Counted from the stretch's first letter, positions 1 through 13,659 are shown. The stretch: DNA of 64,000 nucleotides from Eledone cirrhosa (GCA_964016885.1 OZ024742.1:117738001-117802000); one strand, 5' to 3'. Notes: a model not told the origin generated them from the sequence alone. Program-made: numbers and translations.

Positions 1-155
1 TGTCTGACCATATATGTATTTATGTCTGACCATGTATGTATTTATGTCTGACCATGTATGAATTTATGTCTGACCATGTATAATTTTATGTCTGACCATG
101 TATGTATTTATTTTTCACAATGTATGTATTTATGTCTGACCATGTATGCATTTAT
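1..155. repeat. Minisatellite with a ~22-bp unit (TGTCTGACCATGTATGTATTTA)
   Basis: About 6-7 tandem copies are visible directly; the array runs off the window start. Confidence 0.9.
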
Positions 156-570
156 CTCTTAATATTTAGTACTATTTGTTTATGTCCAGTAACCTAACAG
201 CTTGGTAAAATATAGGTTGGTAAAATATATACCAGACTTAAAGAAATATGTACTGGGGTTGAAATAAATACTTAGTCCTTTGAGACAGTGCTCCAGCATG
301 GGTACAATTCAATGAATGAAACTTGTGAAAGAGTAAAAGAGTGCCATAATTCTTCATAGGTGGCCATTTCCAATCCTTTTGTGGATACCTATAATTGTTT
401 TCTTCTGTTATATATTTTAACCTGCTTTTTGTTTTTTGTGTTTTATTTTTTGTCTCTTCTGTGTTTATTGTATATGTACACCTCAACATGTTTGTAATCA
501 TTTGGTATAAAATATTTTGATTGAGACCTTGCGGTCAATACAGAAAATGATATTATTATTATTGGGTCAA

Positions 571-764
571 GGGTGGTGGATTCGCAGTATCGGTAGAGTG
601 TCAGATGCCATGCTTTGCCACGTAGAGTTATGTCCCTTTACGTTCTGAGTTCAAATCCTGCCGAGGTTAACTTTGCCTTTCATTCTTACAGGGTCTATAA
701 AATAAAGTACCAGTAATGAACTGGGATAATTGCTGGCCTTGTGCCAATAGTAGAAACAATTATT
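571..764 (+). mobile_element. tRNA-derived SINE (family A)
   Basis: A-box-like head (GGTGGATTCGCAGTATCGGTAGAG), B-box GAGTTCAAATCC, conserved body TTAACTTTGCCTTTCAT...ATAAAATAAAGTACCAG and an (ATT)n tail. More than 10 related copies occur in the window. Confidence 0.85.
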
Positions 765-770
765 GGGTCA

Positions 771-975
771 AGGTCAGGTGTTGGCAGAATAGTTAGAGTA
801 TTGCTTTGTGGAATTTATTTTGGATCTTTACATTCTGAGTCCAAAGGTTAGCTTTGACTTATCCTTATAGGTTCAATAAAATAAAGTAACAGTAATGCAC
901 TGGGGTTGATTTAATTGACTTTTCTCTCACACCAAATTGTTGACCTTGTGCCTAGATCAGTTACTATTATTATTG
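771..975 (+). mobile_element. Degenerate family A SINE
   Basis: Same head, body and tail motifs as 571-764, but more diverged. Confidence 0.7.
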
Positions 976-984
976 TTATTATTG

Positions 985-1338
985 TTCTTTGAGTCTCAGT
1001 CATTGATGTTATTTAACTGGAAAGTTTGTTGAAATGAATATCAAGCCGCTACATGCAGCCTCAGATATTCAGGACGTATCGGAGGGTTCTTGCTGTTCCC
1101 AGCAAACATGCCTTTTGAAGTGTTCCAAAAAGCGGGGCTGGACTAATCTTCTTTAACCATCCTTGGAAACTCTTTGAGATAGTAACTAGTGCGCCTATGA
1201 CAATCGGGACGATCCTGACTTCATGGCAGTTCCAAATCCTTTTTACCTCCCACTTTAAGTCCTGGTATCGGTTAATTTTCTCCCTCTCCTTTTCTTGAAC
1301 ACTCGTGTCAAATGGGCAGGCTACATCTACAATCAGTA
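985..1338 (-). mobile_element. 5'-truncated R4/Dong-like non-LTR retrotransposon (restriction-like endonuclease C-terminus)
   Basis: The minus strand encodes LIVDVACPFDTSVQEKEREKINRYQDLKWEVKRIWNC...PIVIGAL...LQKACLLGTARTLRYVLNI, followed by a (TAA)n-type tail. Confidence 0.8.
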
Positions 1339-1370
1339 TTATTATTATTATTGTTGTTGTTATTATTAAT

Positions 1371-1560
1371 AGCGGTGGATTGGCAGTATCGGTAGAAGGT
1401 CAGACGCCATGCTTTGCAGCAAAGAGTTATGGCCCTTTATGGTCTGAGTTCAAATCCCACCGAAGTTAACTTCGCCTTTCATCCTTACGGGTCGATAAAA
1501 TAAAGTAATACACTGGGATAATTGCTGGCCTTGTGCCAAAAGTAGAAACAATTATTGTTA
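1371..1560 (+). mobile_element. tRNA-derived SINE (family A)
   Basis: Near full-length match to the copies at 571 and 17572. Confidence 0.85.
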
Positions 1561-1574
1561 TTATTATGAATTTG

Positions 1575-2340
1575 ATATCTCAGTCATTGATGTTATTTAA
1601 GTGGAAAATTTACCCTAATGAACATCAATCTGCTACCTGCAGCCTCAAATATTCAGGATGTATCGGAGGGTCCTTTCTGGTCCCAGTAAGCATGCCTTTT
1701 GGTGTGTTCCAAAACTGAGGGCTGGGCTAATGTTCTTTAACCAGCCTTGGAAACTGTTTGAGATAGTACCTAATGCTTTTATGACAATGGAGGCGACCTT
1801 GACCTCATGACAGTTCCAAATTCTTTTCAGTCTTCCCATTAATTTTCTCCTCTTTTTCTTGCACTCTTGTGTCAAAAGGGCAAGCTATATCTATAATCAA
1901 GCAAGATCTTTTTTCTTTGTCAAAACCCCCCAGGTCAAGCCTATTGAGTTCTAATTCTTTGTCCATTTGTATCTTGAAATCCCATAGCACCTTCACCTGA
2001 TCGTTTTCTATCACCGACTTCTGACTTATGCTCATACCATTTCTCTGAATGAGGTAGGTAATTTGTTCAGTTTGCATAAATGCCAGTGAATCACTTTTCC
2101 TATGATATCATGCCTCCATCATTTATAGTGAGCCACAGTTTCCTCTCTCTCCTGTGCAACTAGTAGCATTCCCGCTGTAGCTTTCTTAAGGTCCACTTTC
2201 CTTAACCAGTTCCATGTCTGGAAATCTCTGAATTATGTTTTCTTCAAAAAGATACTATGAAGGGCTTTTTTATTCAGGTTGTTCTTCCACTTTTTAGTTA
2301 CTTCTTTCTTGGACATCACTTGCCTTTTTATCCAGTTCTT
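1575..2340 (-). mobile_element. Second R4/Dong-like RLE retrotransposon fragment, frameshifted
   Basis: ORFs 1805-2077 and 1645-1875 give ENDQVKVLWDFKIQMDKELELNRLDL...CLIIDIACPFD and LKRIWNC...QKACLLG. The 3' end is shared with 985-1338. Confidence 0.8.
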
Positions 2341-3126
2341 TTTGTTTCTTTACATTCCATTTAAGAATTCCCGCACTGTACCTAATAGTCGACACATCTT
2401 GAGAATTTACTCTACTTATGGCATTTCTACTATTTAGATGTGATTTTAGTATGTTCCTCATTCTCCTTATGTTTTAGATCTTATCATCTTTATTTTATTG
2501 TTCTTGATATTATCCACCTCCAGAACACCCAATTACCTATATCCCTCTTTGGTGTCAATCTCCTTTATCATCTCAACTGTTGGTACCTCGATTCCTTTGC
2601 TTCTCTTCAATGTACCTCTCCTCATCACAAGCACACAGAAATACAAACACAACAACACCAATGAACCACACCTACACTAACTTTTTCTAGTAAGGTGGTC
2701 TAAAAAGAACAGATATCCTGTTAAAATGTTACCCCTCTGTGCCTTTTCTATAAATATTTTCATGGAAATTATTCTGATGAGCTTACTTCTTTGTTGCCTA
2801 ATCTTCATGAGTTTAAAGAGAGCACCAGATTTGTGGCTTTGTCTCATCCATTTACAACTGAAGTTCCTAATTATAATTACAAATTGTATTCTAATTGTAT
2901 ATGACATATGAAATTATCTTCTGGTATCTTTTCTGACCATTGCAATTTGCAAAAATTCAAAAGTAACATCAATCGTCAAACTCTCTCTTCTTGAATTATG
3001 TTCTCTTTGTCTTGTCCTTTCTCTTCTCAGTAACTCCTTGCATCCTAGTGGGTTTATTGCCATGCTTAGGGTAAGTAAATTAAATATATATATATATATA
3101 TATATATATACAAATATATATATATA

Positions 3127-3625
3127 TCATCATCATCATCATCATCATCGTTTAACGTCCATCTTCCACGCTTGCATGGGTTTGGACGGGAGTTTTCTCA
3201 CTTGAGGCAAGATTGGTTTTCCTGCTCGTATAGGACCGTCTGGCGGGTTTTCTACGGCTGGATGCCCTTCCTAACACTAACCACGTTTACAGTGTGGACT
3301 GGGAGGTTTTTACTGTGTTACCTACACGGCCACATTATAGTGTGGACTGTGTATTTTTAGTCGTGACACCTACACGACCTCATTTGTTTTGGACTGGATG
3401 TTGTGGTACCAACATATCTTCACATTGAAGGGGGGCGGGGTAGTGGGACAGGGGTGTATTTTGTTAGAGGTGCCTACTGACTGTAGGTTTCGCTTTGTAC
3501 TTAGGCAAGGCGGGTCTTCTGTATTACTGTGTAGCGCCAAAGATCTCGGTCCATGACATTGTCTTGGAGAGGTGTAAGTGTGTGAGGTCGGAATTTATCA
3601 AGTCGTCCCAGGTTTTTCTGGGTCT
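3127..3625 (-). mobile_element. RTE-clade LINE 3' end
   Basis: (ATG)n tail, a 3' UTR highly similar to 21583-22100, and an RT C-terminus (RPRKTWDDLINSDL). Confidence 0.85.
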
Positions 3626-3643
3626 GCATATATATATATATAT

Positions 3644-3696
<53 letters not shown>

Positions 3697-4280
3697 CACT
3701 ACCATCAATACTCTACATCCACTTACCGAGTTTGTATGGGCCTGACAATCTGCCACGCTCTAAGGCCAGTCATGCTATACGACTGCTCCACTCATACATT
3801 ACGGTTTTGACCTGGTTTCTACAGCTAAGTAAATAAATGAAATCTAAGGTGAAGGTAATGTAAATATTTGTCTTTCAATTAGTTTGTTTTCATTGTTAAA
3901 TATATTAAAATTTATTTCTATTGTAAAATGTATTTAAGAAGCATTAACTTTGAATTACATATAAATCCCAATCAGATTAATATTCCTCTCCTACTTTTAA
4001 TCTGTCCATTCTATCAGTAGCTGTTTCCTAGAAATAGTCAAGGTGTTATTGATATGAGAAGTAACCAAGTTTAAAGTATTGTGTTGATCTTCAGATAATG
4101 ACTTCACGACCATTGAACTATATAGTTTTGATTACAGTAAAGTGGGCACTAGTATACTAGCCAAGACATTTTGATTAATTAGAATTACATCCTTAGTGAA
4201 GAGGACAATTATTTTCTATATATCAAATTTGGGTTTAAAAAAATGTGAGATAAATCAAATATTATTTACTATATATATGA

Positions 4281-4507
4281 GGGCGGTGAATTGGTAGAAC
4301 CAGTAGATCATCAGACACCATTCTTTGCAGTATAGAGTTATGATCCTTTACATTCTGAGTTCAAATCCTGTCGAGGTTAGCTTTGCTTTTCATCCTTATG
4401 AGGTCGATAAAATAAAGTACCAGTAATGAACTGGTGTCAATTTAATCGACTTCCCCCCCACCCCATCTAGAATTGCTGGCCTTGTGTCTAAATAAGAAAC
4501 CATTATT
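4281..4507 (+). mobile_element. tRNA-derived SINE (family A)
   Basis: Same A/B boxes and conserved body as 571-764. Confidence 0.85.
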
Positions 4508-5587
4508 TACCATATATACACATTTACAATACTGATAGATAAGTCCCACCTACAGTTTACTTACTTTTACAAGGTACTGTATATTTTGAATTGAGGCTTG
4601 TAGGTTCAGTAGATAAGTAGTTTTCACCTTTTATTTTTGTGATAAAAGTTGCAACATACACACGTGTAATTATGGTAATTAAAATTAATTAAGTATGGAA
4701 TGCAGTAAGTGGGATGTGAGAGTTTGCTGTTGATATATTGAGTTAGACTGACAGAGTTGGTAGAGCTGAGCCAATGAGTGAGTCTCTTCATGACTGCTCA
4801 ACTTGCTAGAAATAGAAGCAAATTATCTCAAATTACTCCTTGTTGTTTTAAAAAAGAAAGGACATATTGGATAATTTATGGAAAAAAACAGAATGGCCAT
4901 AGCTGAAGCAACTTTGATCATAAACTTAAGAGTTAACTTGCTGTTAAGTAAAAATAACGATACAGATGAAAATATTAATTTAAGATGAAATTGATTTATT
5001 ACATCACTCATATGTTATAATTTTGGATCCACTAAATTCTGGGATTATAAGATTTTTTTTATGTCTACTCTTCCATTCTTCTTGCATGGGTTGGACAGGA
5101 TGTTTTTGAGAGACTATGTTTTACAGCTGAATGCCCTTCATAATATCAACCCTTTTAGTCTCCTCTTACAACATGCAGGGATATCATGTGTCTATTTTAA
5201 GAAGAGGGATACACACAAGATTTGTTTATTTACATTTATAAGAGATTTTTCTGGTAATTTCTTCCATCTTTTATTTTCTTACTATGCAAACCAATGTTCC
5301 ATAAATGGAACAGCAGAATTAGTTATCTCTCTCTGAAGTGAAACTGTTTTGTTTTGTTCTTTAGATATAGCTGAATGAAATCAATAAATCACATTCTCAT
5401 GGTTGAGGATCAGGAACCTGACACAACCACCTCTCTTCTTCTCCACACATTGAACCATTTGTTGTGTTTTCATGCCCTCTTCAGGATGAATAGGGTCGGT
5501 GAAACATGCATTATTTTCTGATCCAGTTTAACTGTTGGAGTTGACTCCCTAATTTTTCCTTTTACATAGGTGCTCTATTTTCCCTTT

Positions 5588-5810
5588 CCAAAGAGACAAT
5601 AGATAATATTATGTCCAGTATTTAAATAATGTTTCTTTAAGTCATTTCACTTTAACATCAAAGAGGCAGTAGATAATATTATGTCCAGTATTTAAATAAT
5701 GTTTTTTTAAGTCATTTCACTCTACCATCAAAGAGACAATAGATAATATTGTGTCCAATACTTAAATAATGTTTCTTTAAGTCATTCCATTCTACTATCA
5801 AAGAGACAGT
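5588..5810. repeat. Tandem repeat with a ~70-bp unit, about 3 copies
   Basis: CAAAGAGACAATAGATAATATTATGTCCAGTATTTAAATAATGTTTCTTTAAGTCATTTCAC recurs near 5589, 5659 and 5729. Confidence 0.9.
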
Positions 5811-6250
5811 AGGTTTTGAGATGATATTTTTATTTAAGTTATGCACTAATTCAGTACTATTATAACTCTCTTTCATAGTCAGTACATAGCTTTGAAAATT
5901 CCTCCCATAATGAATAAGTGTTGAGGAGTTTATTGAGATAATTAATAATGTGTTCATTTTTATAGAATTCTTTTAAAAAACTAAGAATATCATTTCATAA
6001 AGAAAAACATGTCTATTAAAGGATGGAATAAAAATTATTCTTTTTTTCTTTTCCTAGCTTGAAGTAGATGAGAGAGGCTGTATGAAAATTCCATGAACTA
6101 ATATGAACTAATATCTGGCAAGGAAGTTCTTTAAATATCTTACACTGAAGAGATGGTAAACCTAGCACTGAGTAATGGGAACGTGTTCATCATGGAATAC
6201 AACCTTAAAATATCAGTAATAACAGCTTGGAACTAATTTGTCTTACGGAA

Positions 6251-7183
6251 ATGGAAACACACAAAACCAATCTTGCATTTATAACAATCAACTTCACCTT
6301 CTCTTCTATTGGTACCACAATATGCTTTATTTCACTTGTGTATAAACTTTTCAAGGGAATACCTTTACCAAAATTGTGGAAATATTCCATTTGTTTAGTT
6401 GATACTTCAGCATTGTTCTTTGGAATTGGTTTGTTGATGCATCTTTGTATTTTAATACTCAATGGAACAACTCCAAAATTTCTCATGTTGGCATCATCAA
6501 GTTTAATGTTGTTTGGATATATGGATGGCTTGTGTTCTTTTATAACATTCCAGACAATTTTATTATTTGTACAGAATCCCAGAAAAATAACCAGTACTTC
6601 AAGCTATCAACTTGGTTCCTCTATTATAGTACTCACTGGGATAAAGCTTGCTTGTCTATTACTTTCTATCTTGCCGGTCATACCCAAACAAGAGCAACTA
6701 AAACCTTCAACAAATAACCTCTTCCCTCTTTATGATCCCCAGGAATCTGGAGGTACTTACACTTCTTTATTAGTAATCTGTTTCTGGATAGTCATTGTGA
6801 CCACATTGATTTTTAATATCATTGGTGTAATAAAATCCCAGAAAAACACCAATTTGGTACAAGACTCTAATGAAGACATGTGGCATGTTGCCACCATATC
6901 TCAAGGACAGATATTGCACAAAATACTCTTAGTTGAACAATGTGTTTACACTGTTGTGAGCATCATGATAACACGGCTACTTTTTCGGCAGTCTGTTTCC
7001 CAGACAACCCACAGCAATGACCATGATGCAGCAATTATCATGGTTAGTATCCATCTCACACTCCATGGAATTTTCACTAACCTTGGTAATGTTCTGTGGA
7101 TGAAGAAAGTATGTTGTGGAAAACAAAATGGCCTCTCAGAGGAATCTCGTCATCTGAAACGACTGGAGCTCTTACGAACTGAG
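6251..7183 (+). CDS. Coding exon 1 of a 7TM-pseudokinase gene: seven hydrophobic segments plus the start of kinase subdomain I
   Basis: First in-frame ATG at 6251 after an in-frame TAA at 6206. An acceptor TTTTCCTAG lies at 6057. Seven ~20-aa hydrophobic stretches are visible by eye. Donor GAG|GTAAGT at 7183/7184, phase 0. Confidence 0.85.
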
Positions 7184-7639
7184 GTAAGTGTTATATGTTG
7201 TTATGTTTTTTTCTATTTTGTTTATTAAATCCTATATTCTTTCCAATCATTTTTATATCTGATTTTCAGTACTTACATGGATTGGATTTTTGTTGCAGAG
7301 TTTCTACATTTACTGAACTGCTATGCTACAGAGTACATTGTATATAGGGGACATAAAAAACATCACTGTCCAATTCTCCTAACTTTACTCCTCCTGAAGA
7401 AGGACTAACATCCAATATGTTGAGACAACCTTTTTCCTTTTACAACATGTGTGAAACTAATATGACTTTGTGTGTGTATGTGTGTATGCATATATATTCC
7501 AGCGAAGTAAAATGGATGTAAAATGAGGTTCATGTTATATATATTATCATCATTCAACAACTATTTTCCCTAATATATATATATTATGCCCATCCTTTAC
7601 ATCTATGAAATCTACTTAGTAAACATAAGTTGAATTTGG

Positions 7640-8230
7640 GCTAGAGTGAACTTCTTAAGCCAGGGATTGGGTGGAGCAGAAAGATGGGTACACAATGTAA
7701 TTGATGTAGTTAGGGTGATAGAATTATTAAGTTTTGGCTAACCCGATATAAAACAACTATGACAATTATCTCTGCATATGCATCACAATCATCACTGACA
7801 AATGAACTGAAAGACAAAATAACAAGTGATGGTGATTTTATTATCATGGCTGTTGCTTTGAATGGACATGTTGGGCAATGTTGTTCAGTACAAGAAATTA
7901 GGAGATATCAAGGCTCCAGGAATTCTGAAATACCAATGATCTGACTATCTGCAACACTAACTTCAGAAACTTGGCCAGTTTAATCACCTATGAGTCAGGA
8001 GAGTACACTAGCCAGATAGATTTTATTTTCACTAGAAATCATGATAGACTAATTGTTGCAAACACAAAGTTCCTCCATGGTTAGAAGTATACTTCCCAAA
8101 AATTTAAGTGACTTTAGAATTAGAGCTAAATAAACCTAGAGACAAAAGTCAATTTGGGAGAAAGAACATGGAAGCTGAGAGAATGTTCAACTATTGACAA
8201 ATTCTTTCTCCAAAAGAATATATACTGACT
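7640..8230 (+). mobile_element. Degenerate RTE-type AP-endonuclease fragment
   Basis: ORF 7759 MTIISAYASQSSLTNELKD...FIIMAVALNGHVG resembles the xxISAYAPQ...GDFNGHVG motif. The rest is broken by stops. Confidence 0.6.
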
Positions 8231-8719
8231 TGCTTATGGAAACACTATTTCCATAATATGCTAATGCAGACATAGTCAAACTACATTGAGTCATCCAGAC
8301 TGTATCTAGATATGATATTCTATACATCAGTAGACAAAAATAGGATACAATTTAAAGTGGTCGACTATACAGACCACACATTTATGATCTATGGGTTTAG
8401 CTAGATAAGCTTTATAAGCAAAGATTGGTTACTGGAAGCTGAAAATATTATTCCCAACATGCAATGCTTATGGAGACTGGATTAATGAAATGGTTCAGAA
8501 AACATTGATGAAGGCAATAATCAACAACAAATAGTGGTTTACCCAGAGAAGGGCAATGGGCTTGGGTGGCTTAGGTATGACATGGAAACAAAGCCACAAT
8601 TCAGTTTTTTGGCAGACCATAAGTGCATTCTACTTCATTCCAAACATATGAACAGTTTTTCAGGAGCACTTTACTCAACTGCTTGGGATGAATGGCTGGT
8701 CTGATTGCAGGATGAACTT

Positions 8720-9440
8720 CAGTGACTAACTTGACAGCCTGCTGCAATGCTCAGCAATAGAGGTGGCGTACTGCAAAAGCCAATGAAATATGGGAGACAA
8801 TTGCTGTCAGTACGAGGGGGAAATTGCCTAGCTTAGATGGTCTGCCATATAAACATTTCACTTATATGCCAGACCTCTCAGCAATCTCTTCCTAGATGTC
8901 TAATACAACTGGCAGCAGAATAGGAGTATCCCCAATTGTGTCATTCAAGTGTGGTGGTGCTTCTGAGAAAGGACCTGAACAAGGGAGACCATATCAACAA
9001 TTTTTGGTCCATACTAAATGTAGAGTTCAATCATTTGGCTAGTCTTTTCCAGAGGACTTTTGATCCAACACATATGGGTAATTTCAAGAAATCCTTGGAT
9101 TAGTAGTGCTACAGAGGTGGGTTCATTGACAGTTCATTATAGACACTACTAATACAGAAGTGCCATTAGCAGGGCCTATTTGCGATGCAACAAAACTATC
9201 CTGCATGCACTCATTCAGTGTCTAAGAATTGTTGACTTGTAGAGTTATGTTTCACTGCTGCTATTGTACATAGGTCAGATCTGGCTCTCAGCTGAGTCCA
9301 TAGTGATGATTCCCACACTGCTTTCCTTTGGCCAGGAAAGGCAGGCACTTTTATCTGTCTGGTGGCCATGGTAAAAGAGTTATGTGTTGGACAGGATTAA
9401 AAAGGCTGAAGGCAGATACTTTCCTCTTTGGCACACATCT
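8720..9440 (+). mobile_element. Highly degenerate Tx1-like LINE remnant
   Basis: Nucleotide similarity to the antisense of 46733-49672, for example the GLDGLPY and LSAESIVMI...LVAMVKE segments. Confidence 0.55.
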
Positions 9441-10008
9441 AAACAAAATTTACACAACTTAAAGAAAGCCAATAACATGATAAAAACCAACCCACTATAT
9501 ATATAAGTCTCATTTTATATTTGACTGCATCTGTTCTTATTTACAAGGAGATTGTTTCTGTTTTTTAATCTACACATTCTGGATATCTCTACTTCCAGGT
9601 GCTTTATTTGGATAATTCCACTATTTTGTCAAAAAATACATTATTATATTATTCAATCTTTATGTCAATTTGGGGATACGTTTTACTCATGATTATTTTA
9701 ATAATAATTTCTGGGAAATTTTGTTAAAACTCTTTCTACCTTGGTGGCTCTATTTTATTATTCCCCTAAGCACTTTTATGACACTAATTCCCTAAGACCA
9801 GTAGAGTAGTGAAAATCAGTAGGTATATATACCATATCTGTACAAAAATTGCTCTAAGTTTATAAATAATAAAAATAAATGCATTGATATCATGTTGTAA
9901 ATTTTTAAGACCGTTTGTGGCCTGTTTTTGTACTCTCTAGTTTCTGTAGTTATTCCATAATGCTAGTTTATATTTTTCAGTATATAAAATATTGGATAGT
10001 AGACTTAA

Positions 10009-10229
10009 ACCTTTAACATTTACATTACTCTATATTTACTATTATATTTTCATGGTAAAGGATTTGCCTCAAATAATTATCTCACATAATATCGAATCTA
10101 TGATATTTTGATATTATTTATTTTGAGAACAATATCTTAACATCAGTATGGGGGGCTGGTTATGGCCGGTTTGAACAGAAAGCGGTGAGAGAATTCTGGT
10201 CAGATATGGCCGGTTTAAATGCTAAAGGG
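10009..10229. mobile_element. piggyBac-type MITE
   Basis: TTAA at 10005-10008 and 10230-10233 flank imperfect TIRs (ACCTTTAACATTTA / TAAATGCTAAAGGG). A second copy lies inverted at 11837-12057. Confidence 0.75.
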
Positions 10230-10959
10230 TTAATCATCACCTAATACCACCACCACTTGGCCTTTTGGGGCTTTTAACAGAATACATTCTGTAACAAGCA
10301 TTCAAGCTAGGTTTCTAGTAATAAAATAACTTCCTTTTAACAATGGCAGAGGTCATGAAAAAAGTAATGACTGTTGCCCATCTTCCTCTCTTTCAAATGG
10401 AAGTCCATCCACTTCCAGGGGCGAAATTATTTCTGATAAAGATTTTGGTGTTTTTGTAGTGACAGTTATTTCACAGAGAGGATTAAGCAGCCAGAAATAA
10501 TACAATTGATTGTTATTTCTCATCCTCCACATAATCTACAGTTACTTTTTATATTTTTCCTCTCTGTATATTTTTTAGTAGTTTCTAGTAAGAAATCTGG
10601 TCTTTTCAAAACATTTTCTTCATCCACTTTAGTTTTCAGTCTTGTTGAGTATTGGCCAAGTGGAGTATTTTCTTGGCAATGTCTTACTTAGCATGACATT
10701 TTGAAGTCTCATTTTTATTCCAGTTTTTATTTTTTAATACTTTCTGTAATTATTTTCCATCCTCATCTTAAGTGTCTGTTATCTCAGCCTCTGTTTTATA
10801 TCTACAGGGATGAAGCACTTTTTATTTGTTTTCTTCATGTTTTGTAGCTATTTTGTATTAATTTTTATTTATTATTTACTATAAATTTTTGTAGTCCTAT
10901 AGTAGATATTTTATAATAATTTTCTAGTTGCAGTCAACCTCTGCTTGGCTGCCTACTTT

Positions 10960-11150
10960 ATTCTCCTCTTCTCTTTCTCCTCCTCCTTCCTCTACTTCAT
11001 CTCCCTCCCTCTTTTTCTCTTCCTCTTTCTCTTCCTCTTCACCTTCTCTTCTGTCCTCTTTCCCCTTACTCCTCTTCCTCTTCTTTCTCTGCCCCTTCTC
11101 TCCCTCCTCCCATCTCTTCCTCTTTTTCATCATCATCATCATCATTATCA
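10960..11150. repeat. CT-rich low-complexity tract followed by (CAT)n
   Basis: Visible directly. It produces the spurious poly-Ser and poly-Glu ORFs at 10924-11302. Confidence 0.85.
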
Positions 11151-11836
11151 TCCACCCACTTTCCATGCTGGTACAGATTGGACAGTATTTATGCAGAGTT
11201 ATTGTCTTCCTAGATGGGTTTCAATTTTTGGCATGGTTTCTACGGCTGGAAGCCCATCCTTACACAAACCACTTTACAGCATGTAAAACAGCCACCAAAT
11301 AATTCATGTCTAATCAACAAAACCTGAAACTCATAACCAAACAATATATAAATTGAAAATGGAAAACCCCTCCATTATGGGTCCCACTGAAAGAAAGTAA
11401 ATATTAACATGAAAACATTGATAGAGTGAAATATATATTATTTTATTTGTGAGGTAATATTTATATCTGAATGAAACAGAATTCTACAAACTATTTAGAA
11501 TAAGTTATGATGAACTTACTATTTAAAAATATGAAAAGTTTTGGTCCAACGTTCCATAGCAGAAATTAGATATTCCCTTATATTTACAAAGTGGGAGAAT
11601 GTTGGATAGAATGCTTTAAAGTGTTTGTTCAGGCTCTCTGCTCTCTGAATTCAAATCTCACTGAAGTCACCTTTGCCTTTTATCCTTTTGAGATTGATAA
11701 AATAAGTATCAGCCAGTATGGGAGTCAATTCTTCCTCTATATCTCTTTCTCACTGCCTCTATTTAATCTCTTTCCTCCTCTGGAAGCAATTGATTGTGTT
11801 CAGACATGGAGAGAGAATGGGTTCCTCCAGGTTTAA

Positions 11837-12057
11837 CCCTTTAGCATTTAAACCGACCATATCCAGCCAGAGTTCTCTTACTTCTTTCTGTTCAAACTGG
11901 CTGTAACTGTCCACTTAGACTTATGTTAAGGTAATGTCCTTAAAATAAATAATATCAACATCTCATAGATTCGATATTATGTGAGATAATTATATGAAAT
12001 AAAGTGTTTACCATGAAAATATGATAGTAAATATAAAGTAATGTAAATGCTAAAGGA
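11837..12057. mobile_element. piggyBac-type MITE, inverted relative to 10009-10229
   Basis: TTAA|CCCTTTAGCATTTAAACC ... GTAAATGCTAAAGGA|CTAA. The interior is the reverse complement of the 10009 copy. Confidence 0.75.
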
Positions 12058-12982
12058 CTAATATGTCCAAGAAATACCATATGCCACTATGATGCTCCAC
12101 TAAGAGTGACAGGCCTACACATACCCACATACTGTGTCTATCTTATTTTTCCTTTTATTTGTGTTTATTTTCTGTGTAGCTCCTTCATTCCTAATTTTTT
12201 TGTAAGTTTGTATTTCATCTGGTTCTTCTTCTATCTCAAATTCTATATCTATAATGATATTATTGGTTATATCAATTTTCCAATCTTTAAAGCGACTTTT
12301 GTTAGCTCATTAATTCTTAAGTATTTGTAAGTTTGTATTTCAACTAGTTCTATATATGTTTTTGCATCTAACATGATATTACTAGTTACATTAATTTTCC
12401 ACCCTTTAAAATGACTTTGGTACATTTTCCAAACCAAATTTTGTGTCAATTTCCTACCAAATCTTTAAAAATATTTTAAAATATGTAGTCAGAAACTTGA
12501 GGTCATTCATACACAAGAGATTATTGATTGTTCTACTCCCCAATAATGTTTTTATTAATTTCTGGTTTGGTTTATCATATTGTTTAATGGGCATTAGTGT
12601 CAGACAGAAAAGCATTAGAGAGACAGAATTGACAGTTATTGGAGCATTGCAGTATTTGTTCTGGCTCACTGCACTCTGTGTTCAAATCTCACCAATATTA
12701 ACTTTACCTTTCATCATTTCAGGCTCGATAAATAAAATACCAGTGCTGAATGGTGGATTGGCAAACTTGTTAGAATATCAGATATATGTCATGCAGTATA
12801 TCTGTTCTGGTTTAGTGTATTCTGAGTTCAAATCCCACCTCCTATCACTGGAAAAATGGTGACATGGTAGAACTAGGGCTCCAATCATTAAAGTGTAATA
12901 TAACTAGTATTGCCAGACCTAAGCACTACTAAGAAATATATAGTTTTAAGGAACGAATACAGTGTTGTATGATAATTTAAAT

Positions 12983-13277
12983 CAGAAGTTCTCAAACGTT
13001 TTGGGCTACTGGCCACCTCATGGCCACATAATACCCTCAGCACCCCCAAACCCTATTTCCAGAGAGACCTGCCTACACACAAATTGTAAATAATATATGA
13101 TATATAATATAATATATACTATGTATAAATAAATATTATATATTCTTTTTATTTTACTATATTTATATATAATATGTATCATTTGATATTTAATATACTA
13201 TTATAACATCTTTACCACAGCCCCCTAGACCTTTTCAATGTCCCCCGGGGCAGTAGCGCCCACTTTGAGAACCTCTG
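12983..13277. mobile_element. hAT (Charlie-like) MITE
   Basis: TIRs CAGAAGTTCTCAAA / TTTGAGAACCTCTG and a perfect 8-bp TSD ATTTAAAT at 12975-12982 and 13278-13285. Confidence 0.9.
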
Positions 13278-13659
13278 ATTTAAATTAATGTCTGGGGAAA
13301 ATACTTTTCAGGAAAGAGTATCACCCAATATTCATCAGTAAGTGAGTTTGACACTGTTCAAGGTTTCTTAGGAAGCAAGATGGTCTTTTACTTAATGTCT
13401 ACTTAATCCATTTCTGCATTACAAAGTTTGAGACAATAATTTTGCTACTGCAGAATTTTGCTAACACACTTATAACAGATATCAAGCTATTTGACAAACT
13501 AAGAGAATCTATGTTATGATAAACATTTTGAATAAACATAGGTTCTCGAGTTTTAGGTGTTTATTTTCTCTAAGAATTAGGTTTTATACATTAATTATAT
13601 TTTTTAACACATTTTCTCAAAACAAAGTGACCTACTCGAAACTGCTCCTTTTGCACTGG

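Noticed and set aside
10924-11302. ORFs rich in Ser, Glu, His or Met
   Set aside because: They are translations of CT-rich and (CAT)n simple repeats plus an RTE 3' UTR.
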